From Bacilli bacterium (GTDB lineage: Bacteria > Bacillota_I > Bacilli_A > RF39 > UBA660), in the NCBI GenBank assembly GCA_017397745.1, contig JAFQIC010000049.1, positions 1 through 42,468 of the forward strand: a stretch of 42,468 bases of DNA, read 5' to 3'. This document shows positions 19,073-30,673 of this stretch, one piece after another. The number at the start of each line of letters is the position of its first letter. The first letter of the stretch is position 1. A program made the position numbers and the translations under genes. Below the pieces are notes generated by a model. It did not search any database. It saw only the letters and a program-made list of their open reading frames with translations, and was not told where the DNA came from.

Positions 19073-20146
19073 ATGAATGTCACTAAATTAGAATTAATTA
19101 ATTTTAGGAATTATGAAAAATATAAATTAGAGAATTTAAAACAAAAAAATATTATACTTGGAGATAATGGAACAGGTAAAACAAGTATATTAGAATCTAT
19201 TTACTTTGGTAGTATTACTAAAACTTTTAAAAGTAGTTCAGACTCTGTTGTTATAAAAAAAGAAAAAGATTTTTCAGTAGTAAAAATTGAACTTGATATT
19301 AATAATAAATTAAAAAAATTAGAAGTTAGAATTACTGAAAATGGAAAGAAAACTAAAATTAATGGAAAACTAAAAAAAAGACTTAGTGATTATATTTCAA
19401 CATATAAAGTAATTATATTTTCACCTGATGAAATTAAAGTTATAAAAGGAACTCCTCAAAATAGAAGAAATTATATAAATATTCAAATATCTCAGTTAAA
19501 TAAGTACTATATTACAAAACTTAATAATTATAATACTTTAATAAAAAATAAAAATGAATATTTAAAAAAAATGTATTTAAATAAAAATTTAGATGAAATA
19601 TATTTGGATATAATTGATAAAAAAATATCAGAATTAGGATTTGAGATTTGTAGTTATAGAAATGAGTATTTGAATAAAATAAATAATTATATATCAAATA
19701 AAATGAAAAAATTTAAAGAAAATAGTAGTCTTTTTATAAAATATAATTCAGATTTTGATGGTTTAGATGAAGAAAAAATATTTAGACTTTTAAAAAAGGT
19801 AAGAAAAAAAGAAATAATTATGGGTGTATCTAGTGTAGGTATTCATAGAGATGATTTTGAATTTATTTATAACAATCAAAATGCGAAAGAATTTTGTTCA
19901 CAAGGTATACAAAAATTGATAATATTATCTATGAAACTTTCTGAAAATGAATTATTAATAAAAGATTATGGAATATATCCTATATTGCTTCTTGATGATT
20001 TATTTAGTGAATTAGATAAAACAAATCAAAATAAAGTACTTAAAAATTTAAGTAAACAAAATCAAATTTTTATTACAACTACTGATTTAAATAATATAGA
20101 TAAAAAAATAGTAAATAATTCAAATATTTTAACTTTAAAAGATTAG
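19073..20146 (+). CDS. recF: DNA replication and repair protein RecF
   Basis: Starts MNVTKLELINFRNY. Walker A GDNGTGKTS, signature and Walker B regions (ILLLDDLFSELD). ATG 19073 follows AGAGGG. The track start at 19019 adds a hydrophobic artefact. Confidence 0.93.
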   Translation: MNVTKLELINFRNYEKYKLENLKQKNIILGDNGTGKTSILESIYFGSITKTFKSSSDSVVIKKEKDFSVVKIELDINNKLKKLEVRITENGKKTKINGKLKKRLSDYISTYKVIIFSPDEIKVIKGTPQNRRNYINIQISQLNKYYITKLNNYNTLIKNKNEYLKKMYLNKNLDEIYLDIIDKKISELGFEICSYRNEYLNKINNYISNKMKKFKENSSLFIKYNSDFDGLDEEKIFRLLKKVRKKEIIMGVSSVGIHRDDFEFIYNNQNAKEFCSQGIQKLIILSMKLSENELLIKDYGIYPILLLDDLFSELDKTNQNKVLKNLSKQNQIFITTTDLNNIDKKIVNNSNILTLKD

Positions 20147-22072
<1,926 letters not shown>

Positions 22073-22082
22073 GAGGGTTAAA

Positions 22083-24542
22083 ATGGATCACAGTAGAGAT
22101 AGATTGGAAAATAATAATATAGTAAGTGAAGTAGAATCATCTTTTTTAGAGTATTCAATGAGTGTTATAGTTTCTCGTGCCTTACCTGATTTAAGAGATG
22201 GTTTAAAACCGGTTCATAGAAGGATTCTTTATTCAATGTATGAATCAGGTTATACTCCAGACAAACCTCATAAAAAAAGTGCTAGAATAGTCGGAGATGT
22301 AATGGGAAAATATCATCCACATGGCGACTCTAGTATTTATGAAGCAATGGTTCGTATGGCTCAAGATTTTAGTTATAGATATATGCTTGTAGATGGTCAT
22401 GGAAATTTTGGTAATATAGAAGGTTATGGTGCCGCAGCTATGCGTTATACAGAATCTAGGCTATCAAAAATTTCATTAGAATTACTAAGAGATATTAATA
22501 AAAATACCGTAGATTTTTCACCAAACTTTGATGAATCTGAGAAAGAACCGGCAGTACTACCTTCAAGATTTCCTAATATTTTAGTAAATGGTACAATGGG
22601 TATTGCGGTAGGTATGGCTACCAATATTCCTCCACATAACTTAGGTGAAGTAATAGATGGTTGTGTTGCTTATATAGAGAATCCTGAAATTGATACTATG
22701 GGATTAATGCAATATATTAAAGGGCCAGATTTTCCTACAGGTGGAGTTATTTTAGGTAATAGTGGTATAAGAAAAGCATATGAGACTGGAAGAGGTTCTA
22801 TTACAATTAGAAGTAAGGCTATTATTGAAGAAAAAAACGGAAGACATTATATTATAATCGATGAAGTTCCTTATGGAGTAAGTACATTAGAACTTAAAAA
22901 TAAAGTAGCTGAACTTGTTCATAATAAGGTTATTGATGGTATTTCAGATTATCATACAGATTTAAAAAACGGTGTTAAAATCACTATAACTTTAAAAAAA
23001 GATGCTAATCCACAAGTAGTTTTAAATAATTTATATAAACATACTCAATTTCAAACTAATTATAGTATTATGTTTTTAATGTTAGACGATATGGTACCTA
23101 AAACTTTACCTCTTAAAGACATTATAAGTAAATATATTGATTATCAAAAAGAAATAATTATAAGAAGAACTAAATTTGATTTAGATAAAGCTGAAAAAAG
23201 AGTTCATATTTTAAATGGTTTAAAAATAGCGCTTGATAATATAGATGAAGTAATTAAAATTATAAAATCATCAAAAAGTGATGAAATAGCTAAAGCCGAG
23301 CTTTCTTCAAGATTTGGATTAGATAATATTCAGGCTGATGCTATACTAGAAATGAAACTTCGTAGATTAACAGGTTTAGAAAGAGAAAAAATAGAAAATG
23401 AAATTAATGAATTATTAAAATTAATTGATGAATTGCGTTCAATTCTAGCAAGTGAACAAAAAGTTTTAGAAATAATTAAATCAGAAATGCTTGAAATTAA
23501 ACAAAAATATGCTGATGAAAGAAAAACATCTATTGACATGACTGCAATTGATTATATTGATGATGAGTCTCTTATACCAAATGAAGATGTTATTGTAACA
23601 ATTACACAAAATAATTATATTAAAAGATTAACTACTGATACTTACAAGACACAAAATAGAGGTGGTGTGGGTATTAAAGGTATGACTACAAATGATGAAG
23701 ATTTTGTAAAAGATATAATAAATCTTAAATCACATGATTATATATTATTTTTCTCAAATAAAGGTAAAGTTTATAGATTAAAAGGCTATGAAATTCCTGA
23801 GTTTAGCAGAACATCTAAAGGAATTCCGCTAGTAAATTTATTACAAATAGAAAAACAAGAAGTTATTAACACTATAATTACAGTAAGTAGAGATAATACG
23901 TACAAATATTTGGTGTTTGCTACTAAAAAAGGCATAATAAAAAGAACTCCAATAGAAGATTTTGATAATATAAGGCAAAATGGTAAGATAGCTATTACCC
24001 TTAAGGAAGACGACGAATTAATATCAGTACTAAAAACTACGGGTGAAAATCATGTTCTAATGTGTTCTTCAAAAGGTAAAATGGTAAGATTTAAAGAATC
24101 AGAAATTAGAGTTATGGGAAGAACAGCTGGTGGTGTTAGAGGAATTAGATTATTAACAGATAATTGTGTAGGCGCCGATGTGACAGATGATGAAAAGAAA
24201 GTTTTAATAGTAACCGAAAAAGGATACGGTAAAAAGACTGATGTATCTGAATATAGAGAAACTAAAAGAGGAAGTAAAGGTGTGAAAACTCTTAATATTA
24301 CAGATAAAAATGGCGATATCATTGGATTTAAGTCTACAACAGAAGATGTTGATTTAATGCTAATTACAAACAATGGAATAGTAATAAGGTTAGATATTAA
24401 TTCTGTATCAAATATGGGTAGAGTAACTCAAGGTGTTAGATTAATAAATCTTAAAGAAAACAATAAAGTTTCATCCATTTCATTAATTAACAAAGAAAAA
24501 AATAGTGAAAATAATGAAACTGAAGATAAAAAAGAAATTTAA
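22083..24542 (+). CDS. gyrA: DNA gyrase subunit A
   Basis: Contains [17 protein letters not shown], the QRDR region [20 protein letters not shown], the catalytic AAMRYTE Tyr, and a C-terminal beta-pinwheel. Confidence 0.98.
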   Translation: MDHSRDRLENNNIVSEVESSFLEYSMSVIVSRALPDLRDGLKPVHRRILYSMYESGYTPDKPHKKSARIVGDVMGKYHPHGDSSIYEAMVRMAQDFSYRYMLVDGHGNFGNIEGYGAAAMRYTESRLSKISLELLRDINKNTVDFSPNFDESEKEPAVLPSRFPNILVNGTMGIAVGMATNIPPHNLGEVIDGCVAYIENPEIDTMGLMQYIKGPDFPTGGVILGNSGIRKAYETGRGSITIRSKAIIEEKNGRHYIIIDEVPYGVSTLELKNKVAELVHNKVIDGISDYHTDLKNGVKITITLKKDANPQVVLNNLYKHTQFQTNYSIMFLMLDDMVPKTLPLKDIISKYIDYQKEIIIRRTKFDLDKAEKRVHILNGLKIALDNIDEVIKIIKSSKSDEIAKAELSSRFGLDNIQADAILEMKLRRLTGLEREKIENEINELLKLIDELRSILASEQKVLEIIKSEMLEIKQKYADERKTSIDMTAIDYIDDESLIPNEDVIVTITQNNYIKRLTTDTYKTQNRGGVGIKGMTTNDEDFVKDIINLKSHDYILFFSNKGKVYRLKGYEIPEFSRTSKGIPLVNLLQIEKQEVINTIITVSRDNTYKYLVFATKKGIIKRTPIEDFDNIRQNGKIAITLKEDDELISVLKTTGENHVLMCSSKGKMVRFKESEIRVMGRTAGGVRGIRLLTDNCVGADVTDDEKKVLIVTEKGYGKKTDVSEYRETKRGSKGVKTLNITDKNGDIIGFKSTTEDVDLMLITNNGIVIRLDINSVSNMGRVTQGVRLINLKENNKVSSISLINKEKNSENNETEDKKEI

Positions 24543-24566
24543 ATGTTCCGTGTGGAACATTTTTTA
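24541..24566 (+). terminator. gyrA intrinsic terminator hairpin that also resembles parS
   Basis: AAATGTTCC-GTGT-GGAACATTT followed by TTTT, starting at the gyrA stop codon. The core TGTTCCGTGTGGAACA (24544-24559) matches parS TGTTNCACGTGAAACA at 13 of 16 positions. Confidence 0.65.
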
Positions 24567-24598
24567 AATAACAAAAAATTGTTAATATAATATTAAAT

Positions 24599-24614
24599 TA
24601 TTTCCCGGGAAATA
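24599..24614. promoter_or_regulatory. Noc-binding site, perfect TATTTCCCGGGAAATA
   Basis: Exact 16-mer within a 28-bp perfect palindrome at 24593-24620, 39 bp downstream of the parS-like hairpin. Confidence 0.7.
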
Positions 24615-24942
24615 ATTTAAACATTTTTAAGTTTTAAAGACTGTTTATTTTGCAATAATTTTTTATAATTATTATGATTTTGTTAAAAATATAAAAAAAT
24701 TCAAAAATATGATGGTGTAAAAATATAACTTGATACAGGAGTCTTTGGATATTTGGAAAAAGAATGGATATGTTTGTTTTAAACACAAATTAATAAAATA
24801 GCTAATTTGTAATATTTATCTTTAATAAATAGAAAAAGCAATAATAATCGTTTAGCTATTTTTTCATGTTCGGTTATTAAGATAAATTATTCTATAAAAT
24901 AATAAATTTTTTCTATCGCTTTTTTTAAAAAATTAAAAATTA

Positions 24943-24958
24943 TGTTTCCCGTGGAACA
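24943..24958. promoter_or_regulatory. parS-like / hybrid parS-NBS site TGTTTCCCGTGGAACA
   Basis: Matches parS TGTTTCACGTGAAACA at 14 of 16 positions. The left half TGTTTCCC combines the parS G at position 2 with the NBS C at position 7. It is not downstream of any gene, so a terminator role is unlikely. Confidence 0.4.
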
Positions 24959-24961
24959 AAT

Positions 24962-24977
24962 TATTTCCCGGGAAATA
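24962..24977. promoter_or_regulatory. Noc-binding site, perfect TATTTCCCGGGAAATA
   Basis: Exact 16-mer within the perfect palindrome 24958-24981, 3 bp from the parS-like site. Confidence 0.7.
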
Positions 24978-24993
24978 ATTTTCTTATTTACTA

Positions 24994-25022
24994 TTGATTA
25001 TAATTAAAAAAAATAGTAATAT
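24994..25022 (+). promoter_or_regulatory. Candidate sigma-A promoter of the SRP RNA gene
   Basis: TTGATT (24994-24999), a 17-nt spacer, then TAATAT (25017-25022). This places the transcription start about 7 nt downstream, at the base of the SRP RNA helix. Confidence 0.45.
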
Positions 25023-25029
25023 TTATTTA

Positions 25030-25101
25030 GCACAACACATGATTGTAGAACCAGGTCAGAATCGGAAGATAGCAGCCTTAATACAACTTATGTGTGTGTG
25101 C
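25030..25101 (+). ncRNA. ffs: Small (4.5S-type) signal recognition particle RNA
   Basis: ACCAGGTCAGAATCGGAAGATAGCAGCC matches SRP domain IV of E. coli 4.5S RNA (ACCAGGUCAGGUCCGGAAGGAAGCAGCC), with a GGAA tetraloop and compensatory stem changes. The flanks GCACAACACAT and ATGTGTGTGTGC pair, and a T-run follows. Ends are approximate. Confidence 0.8.
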
Positions 25102-25120
25102 TTTTATTTAGGAGAAATAT

Positions 25121-25531
25121 ATGAAAGAAGAAATTATAAATAAATTATTAAAATTAATAAAAAAAGCAGAACAAAAAAATGAGGTTCCTGTTGCAGCGGT
25201 TTTAGTAAAAAATAATAAAATAATTTCATCTGCTTATAATAAAAAAAATAAAACTAACAATATTTTAATGCACGCAGAAATCTTGTGTATATTAAAATGT
25301 ATAAAAAAAATGAAAAATTGGCGTTTAGATGATTGTGATCTTTATGTTACGCTTGAACCTTGTGATATGTGTAAAAACATAATTGAAGAAGCAAGAATTA
25401 AAAATGTGTTTTATTTTTGTGAAAAAACGTCTAAAAAAATATCAAAAACAACTTATATACATATGAATACAAAAATAAATAAATATATTAATACTAGACT
25501 TAAAACTTTTTTTGAAAGTAAGAGAAAGTGA
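25121..25531 (+). CDS. tadA: tRNA-specific adenosine deaminase
   Basis: CDA zinc motifs HAE (MHAEILC) and PCDMC (LEPCDMCKNII). 136 aa. Conserved position before dnaX. Confidence 0.88.
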   Translation: MKEEIINKLLKLIKKAEQKNEVPVAAVLVKNNKIISSAYNKKNKTNNILMHAEILCILKCIKKMKNWRLDDCDLYVTLEPCDMCKNIIEEARIKNVFYFCEKTSKKISKTTYIHMNTKINKYINTRLKTFFESKRK

Positions 25532-25561
25532 TATAATTAAGTAACGAAAGGTGGTGTTATT

Positions 25562-27184
25562 GTGGCATATACTGCTTTATATAGAAAATATAGACCTAAA
25601 ACTTTTAGCGATGTTTTTGGACAGGAAATAATTGTGGAAATATTAAAGAACTCAATTATTAACAACAAAATCGGACACGCATATTTGTTTGCGGGTGTTA
25701 GAGGAACTGGAAAAACAAGTATTGCAAAAATATTTGCAAAAGCAGTTAATTGTATAAATAATACTACTGGAGACGCGTGTAATGAATGTGAAGCGTGTAA
25801 AAATTTAGAGACAAGTGATATAGATATAATAGAAATAGATGCTGCGAGCAATAATGGTGTTGATGAAATAAGAGAAATAAGGAATAATGCTAAACTTGTA
25901 CCTACATTTTCAAAATATAAAGTTTATATTATTGATGAAGTGCATATGCTTTCATCAGGTGCTTTTAATGCATTGCTAAAAACTTTAGAAGAACCACCAT
26001 CACATGTTATTTTTATATTAGCAACAACTGAAGTAAATAAAATACCTTTAACGATATTATCTAGATGTCAAAGATTTGATTTTAAGCGTATTCCTTTAGA
26101 AATTTTAAAACAAAGACTTTTGTACATTATAGAAAAAGAAAACAAAACTGTGGATGAAAATATTTTAAAATTAATATGTGAACTTGGTGATGGAAGTTTT
26201 AGAGATACTATTAATTTACTTGATCAAGTAATTGATATAAAAGATGTAGATGAAAACTTTTTATATAGATTAAGTGGAAGTCTACCAATCAATAAAACAA
26301 TAACTTTTTTTGAAAAAATAGTTGCCGCTGATGTTTCCTCAGTGCTGGATGAAATTGAAATTTTCTCTTTAAATGGAATTAGTTATTCACTCGTAACAGA
26401 AAAATTATTGATTTTGATTAGAGATATTTCAATTAATAATACTATAAGTAGTTATTTTAATGAAGAATATATTAATGTATTAAATAAATTTGATTTTATA
26501 AATACAGATCAAATAAAAAAGATTAATTCTACGTTATTAGAATTAATTTCAGATTTAAAAAAGTCTACAAATCAAAGAATAACTTTCGAAATTTATATGA
26601 TAAATATTATTAATATTTTTAATGAAGAATCTAATGTAGAAAAGATAATTTTAAAAAAAGAAATAAAAGAAGAAATAAAAACAGAAGAAACTAAAACAAA
26701 TGTTCTTGAAGAAAAAAACGATTTACTACTAGAACTAAAAAAAATAAGGATAAATAATACTTTAGCTACTGCGGACAAATCCATACTTAATAGTATTAAT
26801 GAAAAATTTTCAATTATAGAAGATTATATTTCAAATAAAAATTATAATTCTATTGCTAGGATTATACTAGAATCTCAAATAGTATGCGCAGGAAAAAATA
26901 ATTTGATACTTTTATTAAAATCTTTATCATCAATAAATATACTAAATGATTCAATTATAAAAGCTGAAGAATTATTATCAAAAGTGTTTGAAAATGACTA
27001 CAAAATAGCCACCGTTTTACCAGAAGAATGGTCACAAATTAAAAATGAATTTATAGAAAATTTAAAAAATGGTAAAAAATACGAGATTATTGAAGAAAAA
27101 AATGTTATTATAAATAAAGAAAGAAGTGATATTGAAAAAGAAGCAATAGAAATATTTGGCGAAGAAAATATCACCGTTAATTAG
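25562..27184 (+). CDS. dnaX: DNA polymerase III subunit tau (gamma/tau)
   Basis: Starts YRKYRPKTFSDVFGQE. Walker A GVRGTGKTS, a Zn module CNECEAC, the IIDEVHMLS Walker B box, and SRCQRF. GTG start after AAAGGTGG. Confidence 0.96.
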   Translation: MAYTALYRKYRPKTFSDVFGQEIIVEILKNSIINNKIGHAYLFAGVRGTGKTSIAKIFAKAVNCINNTTGDACNECEACKNLETSDIDIIEIDAASNNGVDEIREIRNNAKLVPTFSKYKVYIIDEVHMLSSGAFNALLKTLEEPPSHVIFILATTEVNKIPLTILSRCQRFDFKRIPLEILKQRLLYIIEKENKTVDENILKLICELGDGSFRDTINLLDQVIDIKDVDENFLYRLSGSLPINKTITFFEKIVAADVSSVLDEIEIFSLNGISYSLVTEKLLILIRDISINNTISSYFNEEYINVLNKFDFINTDQIKKINSTLLELISDLKKSTNQRITFEIYMINIINIFNEESNVEKIILKKEIKEEIKTEETKTNVLEEKNDLLLELKKIRINNTLATADKSILNSINEKFSIIEDYISNKNYNSIARIILESQIVCAGKNNLILLLKSLSSINILNDSIIKAEELLSKVFENDYKIATVLPEEWSQIKNEFIENLKNGKKYEIIEEKNVIINKERSDIEKEAIEIFGEENITVN

Positions 27185-27195
27185 GAGGAAAACTT

Positions 27196-27489
27196 ATGAA
27201 TATGCAAAATTTAATGGCGCAAGCAAGAAAAATTCAATCTGAAATGGAGAGACTAACACAAGCAATCGAGAGTAAAGAATTTACTGCATCAACTGAAGCA
27301 ATAACTGTTGTTGCTAATGGGAAAAATGAAATACTTAAAATTGAAATTAAAGATGAGAGTATTTTAAGCGCAAAAGAAATCACAGAAGATATGTTAACAG
27401 TTGCTGTTAATGATGTTTTAAATCAAATAAAAAAAGAAAAAAACGATAAATTAGGAAAATATACTGGTGGTATGGGAGGATTATTCTAA
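27196..27489 (+). CDS. ybaB: Nucleoid-associated protein YbaB/EbfC
   Basis: 97 aa. NMQNLMAQARKIQSEM start and C-terminal GGMGGLF. Conserved dnaX-ybaB-recR order. Confidence 0.92.
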   Translation: MNMQNLMAQARKIQSEMERLTQAIESKEFTASTEAITVVANGKNEILKIEIKDESILSAKEITEDMLTVAVNDVLNQIKKEKNDKLGKYTGGMGGLF

Positions 27490-27490
27490 A

Positions 27491-28090
27491 ATGATTTATC
27501 CTAAAGATTTTGAAGAACTTTTAGAAAGCTTTAAACTATTACCTGGAATAGGAGAAAAATCAGCTGAAAGATTTATTTTTTCGCTAGTCGATATAGATGA
27601 TAAAGAAATAGAAAAATTTTCTCAAAATCTTGTTAATTTTAAAAAAAATATAAAACCTTGTAAAACATGTGGACATTTAACTGATAAAGAAGAATGTAAT
27701 ATATGTTCGGATAATAAAAGAGATAAAAGTGTAATTTGTGTAGTTCAAGATGTAAAAAGTGTATTTACTTTTGAAAAAGCGGGTAATTATAAAGGCATGT
27801 ATCATGTTTTAGGAGGATTAATATCGCCGATAGATGATATTAATCCTGAAGATATAAATATAGCTAATTTAATTAATAAACGATTAAATGATGTTGTAAA
27901 AGAAGTTATTATTGCCCTTAATCCATCGATTGAAGGAGAAACAACTAGTTTATATATTCAAAAACTTCTAGAAACTAAAAATATTAAAGTTTCTAGGTTA
28001 TCTTATGGAATTCCTATGGGATCTGACATAGAATATTTAGACCCACTTATGATTATAAAGGCTTTAGAAGATAGAAAATATATATCATAA
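27491..28090 (+). CDS. recR: Recombination protein RecR
   Basis: HhH motif LPGIGEKSAERF, C4 zinc finger CKTCGHLTDKEECNIC, and a Toprim domain. ATG 27491 follows GGGAGGA. The track start at 27467 overlaps ybaB. Confidence 0.95.
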   Translation: MIYPKDFEELLESFKLLPGIGEKSAERFIFSLVDIDDKEIEKFSQNLVNFKKNIKPCKTCGHLTDKEECNICSDNKRDKSVICVVQDVKSVFTFEKAGNYKGMYHVLGGLISPIDDINPEDINIANLINKRLNDVVKEVIIALNPSIEGETTSLYIQKLLETKNIKVSRLSYGIPMGSDIEYLDPLMIIKALEDRKYIS

Positions 28091-28120
28091 TTGTAAGTTG
28101 TAACACATAGAATTTTATGG

Positions 28121-28315
28121 GTGAACATAGTGAAATTTGTAATGAAATTGATAAAAAAGTTAGTAATTAGCCTTTGTATGCTGTATACTTTCAATTTAAT
28201 TATAAGTAATTCTGGTTATATGGTACCTATAAACGTTCCTTCAATAACCATTTCAGCTTTTCTAGGTATGCCAGCTATTTTATCATTACTAATTTTAAAA
28301 ATAATTATTAAATAA
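28121..28315 (+). CDS. bofA: Pro-sigma-K processing inhibitor BofA
   Basis: Small two-TM protein. GYMVPINVPSITISAFLGMPAILSLLILKIII aligns with the B. subtilis BofA C-terminus GIHVPINLVTTAISGILGIPGIAALVVIKQFI. Follows recR as in Bacillus. The start is uncertain: GTG 28121, GTG 28130 or ATG 28142. Confidence 0.8.
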   Translation: MNIVKFVMKLIKKLVISLCMLYTFNLIISNSGYMVPINVPSITISAFLGMPAILSLLILKIIIK

Positions 28316-28328
28316 CGGAGAGTAAGAA

Positions 28329-29123
28329 ATGAAATTAGAAGAATATTTTAAAATATCAAATGATTTAAATAAATTAAATCACTCATATTTAATTGGAAAT
28401 ACAACACTTGATGATATAAAAAATAATCTTCAGAATATTTTATCATCTTATTTTTTTTATGAAAGTATAAATTTATATGAAGAAGCTGACATAATAATTG
28501 TAAAACCTGAGGGAAGCTCTATTACAAAAGATCAAATAATATCTATGCAAAACAAAGTTTCATCAACATCTTTATCTCATAATTTAAAAGTATATATTAT
28601 AGATTGTGCGGAAAAATTAAACATTTACGCCGCTAATAGTCTTCTTAAAGTTTTAGAAGAGCCTAGCCAAAATATTTATGCATTTTTAATAACAAGTAAT
28701 TTAGATTCAGTTTTAGGAACAATAAAATCTAGATGTAACATTATATTTTTAAGTTCTGAAAAACAAGAAAATGAAATTAGTGAAGAAATAAAAAAAGAAG
28801 CACTTTTTTTAGCTCAAACTTTAGAAAAATATAAAGAAAAAAGTATTGCATTTTATAATTATAATCTTTTAAATAAAGAAAATATAGAGCAGTTACTAAC
28901 ATATTTGCTTTTTATTTATAGAGATTCTATAAATTATTTTTACGGTAAGAAATTAAAATACACAGAAATAAACGAAACCTTAAATTTAATAAAAAATAAT
29001 AATGATGTCAATAAAATTATAAATAAAATATCAATAATTAATGACATAATTAAAAATTTAAATTATAATTTAAATATAAATTTATTAATTGACAAATTAT
29101 TTATAAAGTTTGGTGGTGTTTAA
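28329..29123 (+). CDS. holB: DNA polymerase III delta-prime subunit
   Basis: Contains AANSLLKVLEEP and SRC motifs. 264 aa. Conserved position before ricT. Confidence 0.85.
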   Translation: MKLEEYFKISNDLNKLNHSYLIGNTTLDDIKNNLQNILSSYFFYESINLYEEADIIIVKPEGSSITKDQIISMQNKVSSTSLSHNLKVYIIDCAEKLNIYAANSLLKVLEEPSQNIYAFLITSNLDSVLGTIKSRCNIIFLSSEKQENEISEEIKKEALFLAQTLEKYKEKSIAFYNYNLLNKENIEQLLTYLLFIYRDSINYFYGKKLKYTEINETLNLIKNNNDVNKIINKISIINDIIKNLNYNLNINLLIDKLFIKFGGV

Positions 29124-29124
29124 A

Positions 29125-29940
29125 ATGGTTAAAATTATAAACTGTGAATTTAAAAAAAATGGGAAAAGTTATTATTTTGATTCAAATAATATAGAATTAA
29201 AAAAAGACGATCAAATTATAGTTGAAACAGAAAGAGGTCTTCAGTTTGCCACTGTTATTTCAGATGTTAAAGAAATAGAAGAATCATCTTTAAATTATAA
29301 TTTACAAAAAGTAGTTAGAAAAGTTACAAAGGATGATATTTCAAAACATATAAAGAATATAAATGATGCTAAGTCGGCATTAAAAAAGGCTGAGTCTTTA
29401 GTCCAAAAACTAAAACTCGAAATGAAATTTACTGAAGTAATTTATACTTTTGATAGAAATCAGCTTCTATTTTATTACTTATCAGATAATAGAGTTGACT
29501 TTAGAGAATTAGCAAGAGAACTTGCCTCTATATATAAAACACGTATTGAACTTAGGCAAATAGGAGTAAGAGATAAAGCGAAAGAGATTTCTGGTATAGG
29601 TCCTTGTGGAAGAGAACTTTGTTGTGCTTGTTTTCTTCAAGATTTAGATTCAGTAAGTATTTCAATGGCAAAAAATCAAAATTTAGCTCTTAACCCAACT
29701 AAAATAAATGGATTATGTGGAAGACTACTATGTTGTCTAAATTATGAAGATGTTCTGTATACTGAAAATAAAACAGATATGCCAGAACTTGGTGATATAG
29801 TTAAGACTGAGCATGGAGAAGGGACTGTTTTTTTAGTAGATATTCCTAATAGAAAATACTTAGTAAATGTTCCAGAACACGGTAAGGTTGAAATTAAACT
29901 GGAAAAAAAGTGTGGTAAATGTGAAAACTGTAATAAATGA
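29125..29940 (+). CDS. ricT: PSP1-domain protein RicT/YaaT (stage 0 sporulation, RNase Y regulator complex)
   Basis: PSP1 C-terminal domain with the Cys cluster GPCGRELCCACFL...GLCGRLLCCLNYE. ATG 29125 follows GGTGGTG, immediately after the holB stop. Confidence 0.9.
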   Translation: MVKIINCEFKKNGKSYYFDSNNIELKKDDQIIVETERGLQFATVISDVKEIEESSLNYNLQKVVRKVTKDDISKHIKNINDAKSALKKAESLVQKLKLEMKFTEVIYTFDRNQLLFYYLSDNRVDFRELARELASIYKTRIELRQIGVRDKAKEISGIGPCGRELCCACFLQDLDSVSISMAKNQNLALNPTKINGLCGRLLCCLNYEDVLYTENKTDMPELGDIVKTEHGEGTVFLVDIPNRKYLVNVPEHGKVEIKLEKKCGKCENCNK

Positions 29941-30673
29941 TTTAGTTGGTTTTAAAAATATAAAAATTGTACAATGTAGAGATTATTTTAATTTTAGTTT
30001 GGATTCAGTATTGCTTCCAAATTTTTGTGTTTTAAATAAAAATGTAAAAAAAATACTTGATATTGGATGTGGAAATTGCCCAGTTAGTATTATTTTATCA
30101 TTAAAATGTGATGCTGAAATAACTGCGGTTGAACTTCAAAAAGAAATATATGATCTTGCTGAAGAGACACTTAGAATAAATCGACTAGAAAAAAGAATAA
30201 ATTTAATAAATGAAGATATAAAAGATTATTCAAAAAAAATAGATACAGATAGCTATGATTTAATAGTATCAAATCCACCATATTTTAAAATATATGAAAA
30301 GACATTAAAAAATGAAAATATTGTTAAATCAATTGCGCGTCATGAGATAACTCTTACTTTAGAAGATATAATTATTATAAGCAAAAAACTTTTAAAAAAT
30401 AATGCTTCTTTAGTTTTAGTACATAGAACTGATAGATTAGCTGAAATAATTAATCTTATGAAAAAAAACAATATAGAACCAAAGAGAATAAGATTTGTTT
30501 ATCCAAAAGAAAACACTCATTCAAATATGGTTTTAATTGAAGGCAAAAAGAACGCTAAAGAAGGCCTTAAAGTATTGCCACCATTAATAACGCATAATAA
30601 CGATGGGTCATATACAGAAGAAGTAAAAAAATGTTTTCATGAAAGAGGTACAAATGATACAAAAAAGTTATGA
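29921..30673 (+). CDS. tRNA1(Val) adenine-N6 methyltransferase-like protein (YabB/TrmN6 family)
   Basis: SAM motif ILDIGCGNCPVS and catalytic NPPYF. The start is uncertain. The track ATG 29867 overlaps ricT by 74 nt. GTG 29921 gives an N-terminus of typical length for the family. Confidence 0.8.
   Translation: MKTVINDLVGFKNIKIVQCRDYFNFSLDSVLLPNFCVLNKNVKKILDIGCGNCPVSIILSLKCDAEITAVELQKEIYDLAEETLRINRLEKRINLINEDIKDYSKKIDTDSYDLIVSNPPYFKIYEKTLKNENIVKSIARHEITLTLEDIIIISKKLLKNNASLVLVHRTDRLAEIINLMKKNNIEPKRIRFVYPKENTHSNMVLIEGKKNAKEGLKVLPPLITHNNDGSYTEEVKKCFHERGTNDTKKL

Noticed and set aside
24543-25029. An rRNA operon or tRNA genes, expected downstream of gyrA by analogy with B. subtilis rrnO.
   Set aside because: The spacer is under 0.5 kb and almost pure A/T. 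It has no conserved 16S, 23S or 5S motifs and no tRNA-like GC-rich arms.
26557-26563. A AAA AAG heptamer in dnaX, in the same phase as the E. coli tau/gamma -1 frameshift site. The -1 frame would terminate after 16 codons.
   Set aside because: There is no upstream Shine-Dalgarno-like stimulator and no downstream stable hairpin. Lys-Lys codon pairs are abundant in this AT-rich genome, so the heptamer is most likely fortuitous.
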